This document shows positions 31,606-42,038 of a DNA stretch of 64,000 nt, one piece after another. This stretch comes from Candidatus Heimdallarchaeota archaeon. GTDB lineage: Archaea; Asgardarchaeota; Heimdallarchaeia; Hodarchaeales; Hodarchaeaceae. The notes beneath the pieces were generated by a model. That model had not been told where the DNA came from. It saw nothing but the letters and a program-made list of their open reading frames with translations, and searched no databases. The DNA is taken from assembly GCA_020353515.1 (NCBI GenBank), contig CP070695.1, forward strand, positions 1,077,584-1,141,583, written 5' to 3'. The position numbers and the translations under genes are program-made. Within the stretch, counting starts at the first letter, position 1, and each line of letters begins with the position of its first letter.

Positions 31606-32298
31606 ATGATGAGCAATAATACAGATTCAATAAACATATCAAAGTATATTGGGGAAGTAAGCAATCTACTTCCTTATAGTCATTCTGAAAAACAGCCCGT
31701 TTTAGATGATTTACAAGAGGACTTGCAAGAAGCCCTAAGTTCTGATCCAACAATTGACCTTTTCAGTACTTTTGGTTCACCTCATGAAGTCGCAAAAAAT
31801 CTCAGTAAAAGTCACGATTGGAATACTAAACCAGCTGGGTGGTTAATACGGATTTTAGCATATTTCATTGACTTCATTTTGTTACTAATATTCGCATTTA
31901 GTAGCTTTATTATCGGATTTGCGGTAGTGCTAGACTGGTTGACGAATATTATCAATACTGAAAGGCTAGAGTTAACTGAATTTCTTTTTCTGTTTAGTGT
32001 GATAATAATCATTGGAATGCTACCTGTAATTATCCTATTTTTGTATTTTGTAATATTAGAAAAGCTGTGGGCTACCACAATTGGGAAGTGGATTTTTGGA
32101 CTGAGAACTGTTGATATTACAGGGATTAAACCTTCATGGAAGCAGGTATTGATTCGTAACTTTACCAAATTTCAAGGTGAATTCCTACCTTTTGATATTA
32201 TTATAGGCATGATGATGGAAAAAGAAAAGGGGACGCCAGGTAAATATCAACGAGCTAGCGATATTCTTGCGGACACTATGGTTGTAAAAAGGTTATAG
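31606..32298 (+). CDS. RDD family membrane protein with N-terminal HAAS-like domain
   Basis: FGSPHEVA; RILAYFID; TIGKWIFGLR; QRASDILADTMVV. Confidence 0.88.
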   Translation: MMSNNTDSINISKYIGEVSNLLPYSHSEKQPVLDDLQEDLQEALSSDPTIDLFSTFGSPHEVAKNLSKSHDWNTKPAGWLIRILAYFIDFILLLIFAFSSFIIGFAVVLDWLTNIINTERLELTEFLFLFSVIIIIGMLPVIILFLYFVILEKLWATTIGKWIFGLRTVDITGIKPSWKQVLIRNFTKFQGEFLPFDIIIGMMMEKEKGTPGKYQRASDILADTMVVKRL

Positions 32299-32318
32299 TT
32301 CCCTTCCTTTTCTTTATT

Positions 32319-32648
32319 TTAGGAGATATCTCTCAATTCAAGCCCAACATCCAATTTTTTTGCGAGCGCATATCCAATAACCTCAAACAACACAATAGCG
32401 AAAATAAAAGTCACAGCGCAATATAGGAGGTAAAAAAAGATATTATCAAAATAAAACAACAGAAAGACCAAGAACAATCCTAAAATCGTCCCATATACCG
32501 TAGCAATAATTAGAGATGCTCTTCTGTACTTTTTTAGACGTAACTTTGCATTGCACATGTTACATTTCAGATGCCATGGGGTTGGTGCTTTTAAAAAGGT
32601 GATAAAATCCATTTCTATTGAGCAATTTGGACAGATTAATCTATTCAT
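32319..32648 (-). CDS. Zn-ribbon membrane protein
   Basis: CPNC..CNMC and two TM helices. Confidence 0.75.
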   Translation of the reverse strand: MNRLICPNCSIEMDFITFLKAPTPWHLKCNMCNAKLRLKKYRRASLIIATVYGTILGLFLVFLLFYFDNIFFYLLYCAVTFIFAIVLFEVIGYALAKKLDVGLELRDIS

Positions 32649-32870
32649 AAGGAGATGTGCTTCACTTATGTTTAAAAATCTAGCTTATGTACTATCAAGC
32701 ATATAAACAGTTGAATTTTGAGTATTGCTGCTGTTTCTTGTCTCATTTTAATGGATTTCACCTGAAAAATCGTGAATAGTACTCCCGAATTCTGCTGTTC
32801 TCTAAGTGGGTTATTGTGAGACGAAAAAAAACTGATAAGTTACTTTTTTGGCCAAATGTTACTACTGAAA

Positions 32871-34835
32871 TCATTTCCTTTTATAAATTCGATATAGAAC
32901 CATGAAACTTGATATGGAAAAGATCAGTAAAATAAAGAAAATTAAGATACTGAAAATATTGATTCCCCCATTAGTTTTAATTGAGACAGGTTCAGTTTTC
33001 ACGAGCCACACATCACTTTGCCCTCCACAATCACGCGTAAAACCAGCTAGTACAAAACAACCATCATCAGTTCGAAGGAGGGCTGAAGCTCCATCGTTTC
33101 CAGTCCTTCCATAAGTTTGGTTCCATTCCAAGGTGCCCTCGGAGTCAGTTTTTAATAAAAACATGTCAGAATCAACGCTATAGCTGTTCATTGTACCAGC
33201 AATGACAAATCCCTCATCCGCGGTTTGGAGGAGTGATCTTGCCTCATCATCCACATTTCCACCATAAGTCTGATTCCATTGCATGATACCATTCGTATCC
33301 GTTTTTACAAGCCACATATCAGAAAAAGGGGTTGTATTGGTATAGTATGTATAACCCACAAGAGCAAACCCTTTATCCTTTGTTTGAATAAGTGCGTAAG
33401 CGTGGTCATGCCAGGTTCCACCATAACTCTGATTCCATTGGATGATTCCATTCGTATCTGTTTTCACAAGCCTCATGTCACGTTGGGTTTCCTCAGTCCA
33501 GATGTTCCCCGCGAGAGCATACCCCCCATCCGCGGTTTGGACAAGAGCATAAGCGTATGAAAATATTCCATATGTATGATTCCATATTACATTCCCCTTG
33601 GCATCAGTCTTCAGAAGACACATTTCACTTTGCCATGTACCTGAAACATCGGTAGATCCAGCTAATACAAAACCTCCATCCGTAGTTTGGATGAGAGTAT
33701 GAATCTCATCATTTCCGGTTCCACCATAAGTCTGATCCCACTGGATTTCTCCCTCAGCATCAACTTGCACAAACAACATGTCTGGATGGTCACCATCATT
33801 GCCAAAAGAGTATGTGGAACCAGCAAACGCATAACCCCCATCCTGCGTCTGGATAAGGGCATTTACATAATCATCATTTGTCCCGCCATAAGTCTGATCC
33901 CACTGCACTACGCCATTGGCATTAGTCTTCACAAGCCATATATCCCTCTCTCCTGAACCAATTGAAGTAGTAGAACCAGCGAATGCATAACCACCATCCT
34001 GTGTCTGGATGAGGGTATCAGCCTTCTCACTTCCATCTCCTCCATAAGTCTGGTTCCATTCAATACTTGGAAATGCATCATCAGGCATAATCATTATAGC
34101 TTGGGTTGCAAGGACTTGGATATTATCAAACCAAAACTCAGCTGTTCCTGCTTCTATAGGATCTGGGATCGGATTGGGTGGATGAGTAAATGGATTTGAG
34201 AACTCTGCTCCAAGCTCAATCGTAATATCTGAGTTCTTCTGGAAAAGGTAATAAACCGCAAGAAATGGAAGAGTTCTATTGTATGTAGTCCATTCATCAG
34301 GATATGGCTGTTCCCCCTCCGCTCGGTATAAATAATCTTGAAAAGGACTGTCCTCTGGCTTATGAAACCTCACATACGTGGAAGTAGAATCGGGATTAAT
34401 GGTACCCGTGAAACGAGCTTTCATCTGCCAAGTAATCGTAACTCTTGTCGGTAAACAAGATTCATAGGTAAGAAAGCTTGTTCCTCTCACACTTGTACGG
34501 TAAATCTGATCAGTGCTGTTATCAGTAAGAGTTATTTTAACTGATCGTGACCCCTCAACATATTCAGTGGTGTCATATTCCCACGATCCCTGGGGGTCAT
34601 TAGGAAGAGTTGAAGTTGGACTGGGTACAGTAACTGAGCTGAAATTCCAATTAGAATCATCCTCAAAATTTGGGTCAGGTACAACCTGAATAATCTCCTC
34701 CATATTATTATTACTTTGAATATTTACAGTATTTACGTGAATTTCGTTGTCTTTAATGAAATCAGACAAAACAAGGTTAAGGGGAATCATTGTAACAAGA
34801 ATAATTATAAAAATGAAAGAAATACTCTTTTTCAT
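32871..34835 (-). CDS. Secreted, membrane-anchored 7-bladed beta-propeller protein
   Basis: Seven W(N/D)xTYG...QTxDGGY..G...LVKTDxNG-type repeats, signal peptide, C-terminal TM plus KRK. Confidence 0.88.
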   Translation of the reverse strand: MKKSISFIFIIILVTMIPLNLVLSDFIKDNEIHVNTVNIQSNNNMEEIIQVVPDPNFEDDSNWNFSSVTVPSPTSTLPNDPQGSWEYDTTEYVEGSRSVKITLTDNSTDQIYRTSVRGTSFLTYESCLPTRVTITWQMKARFTGTINPDSTSTYVRFHKPEDSPFQDYLYRAEGEQPYPDEWTTYNRTLPFLAVYYLFQKNSDITIELGAEFSNPFTHPPNPIPDPIEAGTAEFWFDNIQVLATQAIMIMPDDAFPSIEWNQTYGGDGSEKADTLIQTQDGGYAFAGSTTSIGSGERDIWLVKTNANGVVQWDQTYGGTNDDYVNALIQTQDGGYAFAGSTYSFGNDGDHPDMLFVQVDAEGEIQWDQTYGGTGNDEIHTLIQTTDGGFVLAGSTDVSGTWQSEMCLLKTDAKGNVIWNHTYGIFSYAYALVQTADGGYALAGNIWTEETQRDMRLVKTDTNGIIQWNQSYGGTWHDHAYALIQTKDKGFALVGYTYYTNTTPFSDMWLVKTDTNGIMQWNQTYGGNVDDEARSLLQTADEGFVIAGTMNSYSVDSDMFLLKTDSEGTLEWNQTYGRTGNDGASALLRTDDGCFVLAGFTRDCGGQSDVWLVKTEPVSIKTNGGINIFSILIFFILLIFSISSFMVLYRIYKRK

Positions 34836-34964
34836 TTACACTTCCTCCATTATAACAATACACTTCTCTTGATACGGTTTGGATAGCGTTCTTGACGAGA
34901 AAAGTCCTTTTAAAAATATTGTTACTTTTTTTCTAAGAATAATTTAATTATCATATACATTACG

Positions 34965-34981
34965 CGATTTTGAGTATTTAT
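34965..34981 (+). promoter_or_regulatory. Variant promoter motif CGATTTTGAGTATTTAT
   Basis: Matches the motif upstream of the repair genes. Confidence 0.5.
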
Positions 34982-35058
34982 ACCTCCCCTCCATAATCTT
35001 CACCAGAGACTATATACTAATATCATTTAACAGATGATTTATTTCTGAGGATACATCA

Positions 35059-35397
35059 GTGTTTCGGGATCAGGTTCGTCTTGTGGCATTAGATGGTCTT
35101 TTTAAAGAATGTCTCTTTTTAATCACGTCTAACGATAACGCTGCTGTTTATTGTCTCAAGTTTAAACTCTGGAATGAACCCTGCCCCAAAATGTGTGATC
35201 AGTATGTCCCAAGTGAGCCAGGCAATATTGAAGAGGCAAAACAGGCAAATTACGATATTGAATGTCTGGATTTCACTCGAAAACTCGTGGAGGGTGAACC
35301 CGAGTTTTACTGCTCTCTCTATAACTTGACAAAACCTCTCTGTAAAGAGTGTCTCTTTCATCGTTATGCAGAGGATCCTTCTATAAACAAAGAGTGA
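35059..35397 (+). CDS. Small protein with two Cys4 modules
   Basis: Two C-x14/15-C-x9-C-x2/3-C units. Confidence 0.75.
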   Translation: MFRDQVRLVALDGLFKECLFLITSNDNAAVYCLKFKLWNEPCPKMCDQYVPSEPGNIEEAKQANYDIECLDFTRKLVEGEPEFYCSLYNLTKPLCKECLFHRYAEDPSINKE

Positions 35398-35582
35398 GTT
35401 TTTGCCACAAAGACTAATTTTTTAATTATTGTCTTACCTGTACTCAGAGGTGGGTTGCAGAATAATGAAAATCCTCCTCTAGTTGGTGTGTTTTTCTTTA
35501 AAGAAGCTGGAACTCCATCATTTCTTACTATACTAGGATTCATTGTAGAGTAGAAACAGTTTGAGGATCAAGATGTGATCTC

Positions 35583-36086
35583 ATGATTCAAGTTGCGAGA
35601 GCTGATCCTATAAGAGATTCCCAAGATATTGCGACACTAATTCAAATATGTCGAACAGAGAAAAAAACTGTGTTAAATGAGTATACAGCTGACGAGGAGA
35701 GAGAGTACATTACAAATCTTCCTCCTAGAGATGCAGTGTTTGTCGCACGCGTCATTGATGGCCCGTTTGCTGGATTTGCTTCTATTAATAAGCGTTATCG
35801 TCACAGTGAGCGTCTTAAGCATTGTGGAGAGACTGGTACTTGGATAATGCCTGCTTTTCGAAGACAGGGAATTGGGAAGGTCTTATGGGAAAAAGGAATA
35901 TTTCCTTGGTGTCAAAAACATGGATTTAAACATTTAGGATTTTCCATATTGGCTGATAATAGAGAAGGAATATACTTCTATGAAAGTCTTGGATTTCGGG
36001 TTTGTGGTTACCACCGAAAATTGGTCTATGGTTATGAGGGAACTTTCATAGATGCTATAGAAATGGAATTATGGCTTCAAAAATGA
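35583..36086 (+). CDS. GNAT acetyltransferase
   Basis: FRRQGIG, N..GIYFYESLGF. Confidence 0.9.
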   Translation: MIQVARADPIRDSQDIATLIQICRTEKKTVLNEYTADEEREYITNLPPRDAVFVARVIDGPFAGFASINKRYRHSERLKHCGETGTWIMPAFRRQGIGKVLWEKGIFPWCQKHGFKHLGFSILADNREGIYFYESLGFRVCGYHRKLVYGYEGTFIDAIEMELWLQK

Positions 36087-36206
36087 ATTGTAATAGGAGA
36101 ATCTCGTATTAATCTTAAAATTATTGAAATAATAGGATAATATGGTAATTTCCCATCCGTAAAATGCAGAATCATAGAGTTATCACATGCATTGTGAATT
36201 CCTAGT

Positions 36207-37406
36207 TTATTCTAAATCTGAGGGGAGAATGGGTTGAGTCAACAGTTGGGAGAAATCTCTTGGTGATGGTTTCTCTCCGAATTTCCGTCTTATCAATGCC
36301 TCTCCATAACTATATGTAAATATGTAGGGCGCCCACAACGGATTTCGAATAAACTTCATCCATTGGTGAAGTCGTTCTTTTGTATATGGAATATTTAGCT
36401 CACGACTACAATAATCAAAAATTTCATCGTCAGTCCATCCATCTACATGAGCGTAAATGGCTAGGTTACCCGATAGCTTGAATAACTCATTCATACATTT
36501 TACTCGCTTTACTAGCACCTCTAGTGTAGTATTGGAAGGATTTGGACGAAAATTCTCAATTTCGATCTCCATTCTACGTTGTTCATTAGGAAAAATCACA
36601 TCTAGCCCAGTATTCGCAATTCCTTCTGAAATGACTGCTTCTGGTGTGAGAATTAATAAAATTGCATGTTCAAATCGGTTTTTATCAGCGTAAAGAAGTT
36701 TTTCCTTAACACTATGTTCGGTGTGATGCCCTGGATACCCTTCATGAGCTGCAAAACCAAGGATTTGATCCCATTCTAACGGTAAATCAGTATTAACATC
36801 AATTCGCGATTTATATTTCCCAAGATACCAATTGTATGCAGACCATGGTTCATTCGTGACTATTTTGACTTCAACTCTTTCATTAATAGGCAGTAATTCG
36901 GAAAAGGTGGTTGAGGTTTTTTCTCGTGTAATAGATAAGGCTTTGAGCATAACAGTTTCAGCATTTTCAATGGAAATGGTTTTCAGTTTTCTCTCCGCTT
37001 CGATTCTCTCGATAAGACTTCCTTTCCCTCCGTACAACTCATCCAATTGTTCAACAGCTTCGATGAATAGTGAATCGTTAATTTTTTGGGGTTTGATATC
37101 AAATAGTCGTTGTACTTTCTCTAGATACGGAAACTCTTCTCCTGAGAGGATTTCTATTGTTGTTCTCATCGCGAATAACATTTTGCTAATAAATACTTGT
37201 CTTTTTTCATCAAATCCCTGTTCTGGTAGCGTTTTGATGAGCTTATTGACACCCTCAAGAAGATTCTGGGGAGATTTTTTTTCCTCCTGTTGTATTACTG
37301 ATGATAATTCCTCAGGCCCATAATATGAATCGACAAAACCGTCCAAATGCTTATTAATTCGTAAACCAAGAAGTAAATATTCCCGACTGAATTTAATAGT
37401 ATCCAT
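36207..37406 (-). CDS. DUF885-like putative zinc metalloprotein
   Basis: VDSYYGP, WSAYNWYLG, HEGYPGHH, SEGIA. Confidence 0.75.
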   Translation of the reverse strand: MDTIKFSREYLLLGLRINKHLDGFVDSYYGPEELSSVIQQEEKKSPQNLLEGVNKLIKTLPEQGFDEKRQVFISKMLFAMRTTIEILSGEEFPYLEKVQRLFDIKPQKINDSLFIEAVEQLDELYGGKGSLIERIEAERKLKTISIENAETVMLKALSITREKTSTTFSELLPINERVEVKIVTNEPWSAYNWYLGKYKSRIDVNTDLPLEWDQILGFAAHEGYPGHHTEHSVKEKLLYADKNRFEHAILLILTPEAVISEGIANTGLDVIFPNEQRRMEIEIENFRPNPSNTTLEVLVKRVKCMNELFKLSGNLAIYAHVDGWTDDEIFDYCSRELNIPYTKERLHQWMKFIRNPLWAPYIFTYSYGEALIRRKFGEKPSPRDFSQLLTQPILPSDLE

Positions 37407-37515
37407 CTTTATTCACCAAAGATACGTTCTTTTTAGCAAGACAAGAATAGGGAAATAGCAATCTCGAAAACCATTTCACAACAGATACCTTCATAGTTTA
37501 ACAATTTTTTCTTGT

Positions 37516-37532
37516 CAATTTTTCGTATTAAA
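37516..37532 (+). promoter_or_regulatory. Variant promoter motif CAATTTTTCGTATTAAA
   Basis: 33 nt before the helicase start; fits the shared consensus. Confidence 0.55.
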
Positions 37533-37565
37533 AAAGTGATGCCATAAATCATACGTGGATAGCTG

Positions 37566-40331
37566 ATGACAGTTCTCGAGAAAAACAATTCTGAATTATG
37601 GAATCGGTATCAATCTGCTCTAGAGAATTACCAGGAATTTCATGATAGAGAAGAGGTATTAACCGAATTTCGAACAATTGTAATCTCAAAAAATCCCCCT
37701 ATTGATCTTCTTACAAAAGTAGCCAGTCATTTTCTAAAATTCAAACAGGTCGAGGATGCAAAAAAGACATTTGGACGAATCTTGCAGATAGATGACACAC
37801 ATCGAGAGACATGGAAACAATTATCCTCTCTTTACTTTAAACTCAAAGATCCGAGAAAGGGAGAGTTCTGTCTTCAAAAGTATTATTCATTGGCAGGTGG
37901 TAATCCCCAACATCTTCAGAAAGCAACTCAATTACGATTAGCTAGTTCTGGTAGATTAAAATCGTTACCAACTAACCAAGAACTCGGCCTACAAACAGGT
38001 AAACTGATACAATCCTCGTCACCTAGAAGTATCATGAACCTTGCAGATTTTGAGAAATATTTTGAAATTTCAAGACGAACCCTCCCACTTACGATCAAGA
38101 AAATACTTCAATTTGCCCAACATCAAGTTGTGGATTACCGCATTTTCAATGAACAATCTGGAGCACTGGGTTCATCGCGGTTAGAAATCTTGCAGGATCA
38201 AAAATTAATCGAATTCCTGAGAAATAAAAAGATTAATAGGTTATATCAATTTCAAGAAGAGGCCATCAAAGCAATTCTCGATTCTCATGATGTGTGTATC
38301 ACTGCACCAACTGGAAATGGTAAAACTGAGGGTTTTCTACTCCCTGCGATACTTAAGATTAGGAAGAACAAAGGATATGGAGTTCAACTTCTTCTGGTCT
38401 ATCCAATGAAGGCCTTAGCGAAGGACCAATTACGAAAAATAGAAAATTATGCTAAGATTCTGAACCTAACCGTGAAAGTATTCGATGGTGATACCTCTCA
38501 TTATCAACGGAAGAAAATCTATGCAGATCCTCCTGAAATACTAATCACTAATCCTGATATCTTACATTATCATTTGGGGATTGGAAAAAATGCTAGTCGT
38601 TTTCAGGATCTGTTAGCGGGCCTTAAGATTGTCATCTTGGATGAGATTCACACTTATTCGGGAACCTTCGGGAGTAATATGTTTTTCATTGTGAAGCGAC
38701 TTGAAAGGGTGGTTAACCATAAGCTACAATTTATTGGGGCTTCTGCGACTGTTGCCAATGCTAGTAAATTTGTTTCCCGACTTTTAGACAGGCCAATCAA
38801 AGTTATTGAATGCAAGAATGGGAAACGAGGGAAACTGCACTTCTTAATTTTGGCTCCGTTTAGTGGAATGTCTACATTAGACAGTATGATAAACTTAGTA
38901 AATAGCATTATGGGTCTTGGAAAGATTCTTGTCTTTCAAGATTCACATAGAAGTGTAGAACTACTCTATCAAAAACTCGGTGGAAAAGTTCGGAAAGTGG
39001 GGATTCACAGAGCAGGATTGGAGAGAAAAATTCGTGAGCAGGTCGAAACGGATTTCCGAGATGGTGTCCTTGATTTACTGGTAGCCACCCCGACTCTCGA
39101 ACTAGGGATCGATATAGGAGATTTAGATATCGTTGTCACCCCTCCTATTGCGGTGAATAGAGCCATGCAACGAATTGGTCGGGCTGGACGGAAGGGCCAG
39201 GAATCCCTTGCGATCATTCTATTAAATTCAGAAGATCCTATTAGCCATTATTATCTCCAGTATCCAGAACGCTATTATCAGGATATTGAGGATGTCTTTT
39301 TCGATCCTGAGAACCCTAATGTAACGGAACATCAACTGTTATGTGCCTCTCTGGACAGTCCTCTTGATTTAAGTCAAGGTGATTTTCCTCGGTATGTAAC
39401 TACCCTGCGACAGCTGGTCAATGAGAGCTTCCTTAACCAGGTCAATGCCTCTGTTTTAATGCCTACTGAAGCAGGAATGGCAAAAGCACGAAAGTATTCC
39501 ATTCGTGGACAGACTCATGAAATTCAGATTAAGTGTGGTGGACGAAGGATTGGTAAGCGTGCAATGCCTCTTGCCATGCTTGAATTATACCCTGGTGCCT
39601 TGTATTATGCTGCAGGAACTCGGTATCGAGTAGCTAGTTTTCATTTCAATGGCATGAGAGGAACTGCTCACTTAGTTAAACCCAAAAGCAGTTGGGGGAC
39701 AACCTTTCCTCTCTCTGGATTTAAACCTGAGATTGTAGATATTCATAGAAATTATCATGCTTTTGGACTCGAAGTTGCGTATATAGAGGCTAAAGTTCTC
39801 CAGACCGTCTGGGGGTATACGCTTGAATCCCCAAATGGAACATCCCAGCATCGCCTCCGTGATCCCCTTTATTATTCGTCTCGCTCTAAAGGAATACTCT
39901 TTCGATCACCCATACTTCCGCTAGATACATTGGATCTAGATCGTAACACTCAAGTTGCCTCGCGTCATACTCTAGTTCATGTGATTTTACATGCCAGTCT
40001 TCCGTTTATTGGAGGACAATTACATGAAATTAGTGGGTTGGTACTCCTCCCTCAGGGATACATCTTATTGTTTGATAATGCAGCTGGTTCTGGGGTTTGT
40101 GCTATGCTTTGTGATCATTTACAGGAATTATTTTCCCGAGCATATGATATTCTAGGATGTGATTGTAAAGCTCCTGAGGGGTGTCCTAGATGCACTTTTC
40201 TCCCTCGTTGTAGTCATAATAATACGAAGCTCGATAAATTAGGAGCTCGTTCCTTGTTAAAAAGTATTCTGGATGAAGTAAAAGTTCCCTTGGGTGATGA
40301 TTACAATCACTTTGCCCAAACCCTTCACTGA
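37566..40331 (+). CDS. Hrq1/MrfA(YprA)-family SF2 helicase with DUF1998 Cys4 domain and N-terminal TPR
   Basis: APTGNGKT, YPMKALAKDQ, TNPD, DEIH, SAT, TLELGIDIG, QRIGRAGR, CDC..GCPRC..C. Confidence 0.92.
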   Translation: MTVLEKNNSELWNRYQSALENYQEFHDREEVLTEFRTIVISKNPPIDLLTKVASHFLKFKQVEDAKKTFGRILQIDDTHRETWKQLSSLYFKLKDPRKGEFCLQKYYSLAGGNPQHLQKATQLRLASSGRLKSLPTNQELGLQTGKLIQSSSPRSIMNLADFEKYFEISRRTLPLTIKKILQFAQHQVVDYRIFNEQSGALGSSRLEILQDQKLIEFLRNKKINRLYQFQEEAIKAILDSHDVCITAPTGNGKTEGFLLPAILKIRKNKGYGVQLLLVYPMKALAKDQLRKIENYAKILNLTVKVFDGDTSHYQRKKIYADPPEILITNPDILHYHLGIGKNASRFQDLLAGLKIVILDEIHTYSGTFGSNMFFIVKRLERVVNHKLQFIGASATVANASKFVSRLLDRPIKVIECKNGKRGKLHFLILAPFSGMSTLDSMINLVNSIMGLGKILVFQDSHRSVELLYQKLGGKVRKVGIHRAGLERKIREQVETDFRDGVLDLLVATPTLELGIDIGDLDIVVTPPIAVNRAMQRIGRAGRKGQESLAIILLNSEDPISHYYLQYPERYYQDIEDVFFDPENPNVTEHQLLCASLDSPLDLSQGDFPRYVTTLRQLVNESFLNQVNASVLMPTEAGMAKARKYSIRGQTHEIQIKCGGRRIGKRAMPLAMLELYPGALYYAAGTRYRVASFHFNGMRGTAHLVKPKSSWGTTFPLSGFKPEIVDIHRNYHAFGLEVAYIEAKVLQTVWGYTLESPNGTSQHRLRDPLYYSSRSKGILFRSPILPLDTLDLDRNTQVASRHTLVHVILHASLPFIGGQLHEISGLVLLPQGYILLFDNAAGSGVCAMLCDHLQELFSRAYDILGCDCKAPEGCPRCTFLPRCSHNNTKLDKLGARSLLKSILDEVKVPLGDDYNHFAQTLH

Positions 40332-40345
40332 TTTCAAGTATAAAT
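40329..40345 (+). promoter_or_regulatory. Variant promoter motif TGATTTCAAGTATAAAT
   Basis: About 20 nt before the start (leaderless spacing); fits the consensus. Confidence 0.55.
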
Positions 40346-40363
40346 ACTGTTATCCAATATCAA

Positions 40364-41485
40364 ATGATGAGTCATAAAATGTTGAACCGAAGTATCTTGA
40401 CTGCTATCATTGGATTTCTTGTTGGTTGTTTGTTTTATTATATGGCAGATGCCAGTGTAGTCATCGTCTTAATCATGGGTTGTTCGGGGTACTTTGTTGG
40501 CCTCATTTTAGACAACGCAGACATCAAACATCAACTCGATACTTTCCATTTTTCCAATCTATCAACTCAAGAGATCTTTCAATCAGCTGATATTCCAGAG
40601 GCTCTCATATTTTATTCACCAAAAGAGAACCTTACTACTGTTTCAATTGATTTTCAAGTAGACACGAAACCCCAAACATTTCGCCTTTCTGTCTTAAAAA
40701 ATCTTCAAGAACATCAATTTCGGATATTAGAAGATTCTAGCAAAACAATGTTTAGTCTTACCCTCGATTATCCAGAATGCAATTATCCCAAGATATTGTC
40801 TTCCCCCAATCAAAAAGAGAAATTCCATTATGATATCAAGGAACATAGCTTGGACTTCCAAAATGCGATTCAAAAGATTATCCCAGGGTTAGTTCTTTCT
40901 AAAATTTCTCATACTAGTCCATTTGGAGATGTACAAATTCAGACTTTTCTTGAAACATCTCCAAACCCTTCACAATTTCCACCTCCGGCTTCCCCTTCAT
41001 TTGACAGACTGACCAGATATGATAGAGGAATTAGTCATACTAGTCTAAATGGTGCCTCTGAGGAGAATCAAGAAATTAATGAGTCCCAAATCATGGAGGA
41101 TTTGTTACCAGGGTTATCTTCTGAAATAAAAATTCCTGATCTTTCTCCAGAAGAAGTTCAGCATCTAAAAGGTTCTAATCAGCGCCAATTGGAAGTGTTC
41201 TTGAATGACAATATTGAAGTTATAAAGGAGGAGTCCTTGGAAGAAAGGCTAGCTAGCAACGAGTCTGAAACGACTGATAATATTGAAATTGATTTCTCGA
41301 AAGTTGATCAACCTGTGAATGATAGTACAAAAGAAGATTTCAATCAGGTTATCGCTAATCGAATTGAAGAAAGAACCAGAATAACCCTTAACAAAGAGAC
41401 ACCTGATCTAGAACTCCAAAAAGAACGGGAAGAAATCAAAAAAAATATTTCTGAAGAAATTAACACAGAAAGATCGCCTTTTTGA
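40364..41485 (+). CDS. Membrane-anchored hypothetical protein with acidic low-complexity C-terminus
   Basis: Two N-terminal TM helices, globular middle, E/D/S-rich tail. Confidence 0.78.
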   Translation: MMSHKMLNRSILTAIIGFLVGCLFYYMADASVVIVLIMGCSGYFVGLILDNADIKHQLDTFHFSNLSTQEIFQSADIPEALIFYSPKENLTTVSIDFQVDTKPQTFRLSVLKNLQEHQFRILEDSSKTMFSLTLDYPECNYPKILSSPNQKEKFHYDIKEHSLDFQNAIQKIIPGLVLSKISHTSPFGDVQIQTFLETSPNPSQFPPPASPSFDRLTRYDRGISHTSLNGASEENQEINESQIMEDLLPGLSSEIKIPDLSPEEVQHLKGSNQRQLEVFLNDNIEVIKEESLEERLASNESETTDNIEIDFSKVDQPVNDSTKEDFNQVIANRIEERTRITLNKETPDLELQKEREEIKKNISEEINTERSPF

Positions 41486-41515
41486 TACTATGTAGAGACG
41501 GGGTAGGAAAAATGA

Positions 41516-42034
41516 TCATTTTACTGAGAAGGTATTGCAAAATAAACATCTTGGTCTGTTGTCAGTGAAAAAAACGAATCGAGTACAATTATGACAACGA
41601 ATAGTTATTTGAGAATCTTTTAGATCTGCTTTATTTGAGAGATTTTCTTGTAACTCTGGAAATATTAGGAAGAAAAAGGCTCGTTTTTTTGTGGGAGGCA
41701 AATGAAGTCGTGCCAGATGAAATAACGCATGATATTTTTTATCTAATTTAAGTAGGCATTCGATAACCATTTTGTTAATGAAATTGTCAGTGGTAGGAAT
41801 TAGCTCTTGGAGATAGGTTAAGGATTTGTAATAGTTCTTCGTCTCAAAATAAAGCCATGCAAGTTTTCGTTGCACTTGCTGTCGTACACTCGGAGCGTTT
41901 CGATAAAGGTAATGGAGCTTGCTTGCTGCTTCATTCCAGCGACCTGTTTGGATAAGCTCGTCAATCTTGTTGAAAATTTCCGCTTTTCTTTTTTCTGTTT
42001 CAGAACATACTCTTGTTTTAATTGGACGAGGCAT
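41516..42034 (-). CDS. TPR-like helical protein with C-terminal Zn ribbon
   Basis: LAWLYFETKNYYKS; CHNC..CLFC. Confidence 0.72.
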   Translation of the reverse strand: MPRPIKTRVCSETEKRKAEIFNKIDELIQTGRWNEAASKLHYLYRNAPSVRQQVQRKLAWLYFETKNYYKSLTYLQELIPTTDNFINKMVIECLLKLDKKYHALFHLARLHLPPTKKRAFFFLIFPELQENLSNKADLKDSQITIRCHNCTRFVFFTDNRPRCLFCNTFSVK

Positions 42035-42038
42035 CGAG

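Noticed and set aside
32713-32729. GAATTTTGAGTATTGCT partial match to the repair-promoter motif
   Set aside because: The TATA portion is broken and no gene lies downstream in that orientation.
33000-34070. Regularly spaced DNA repeats (e.g. CCATAAGTCTGATCCCACTG) resembling a CRISPR array
   Set aside because: They are degenerate, about 150 bp apart and in frame within the beta-propeller gene.
37566-40331. DISARM DrmAB or Druantia defence helicase (DUF1998)
   Set aside because: It is a single-chain Hrq1/MrfA architecture with no methylase, PLD or SNF2 partners.
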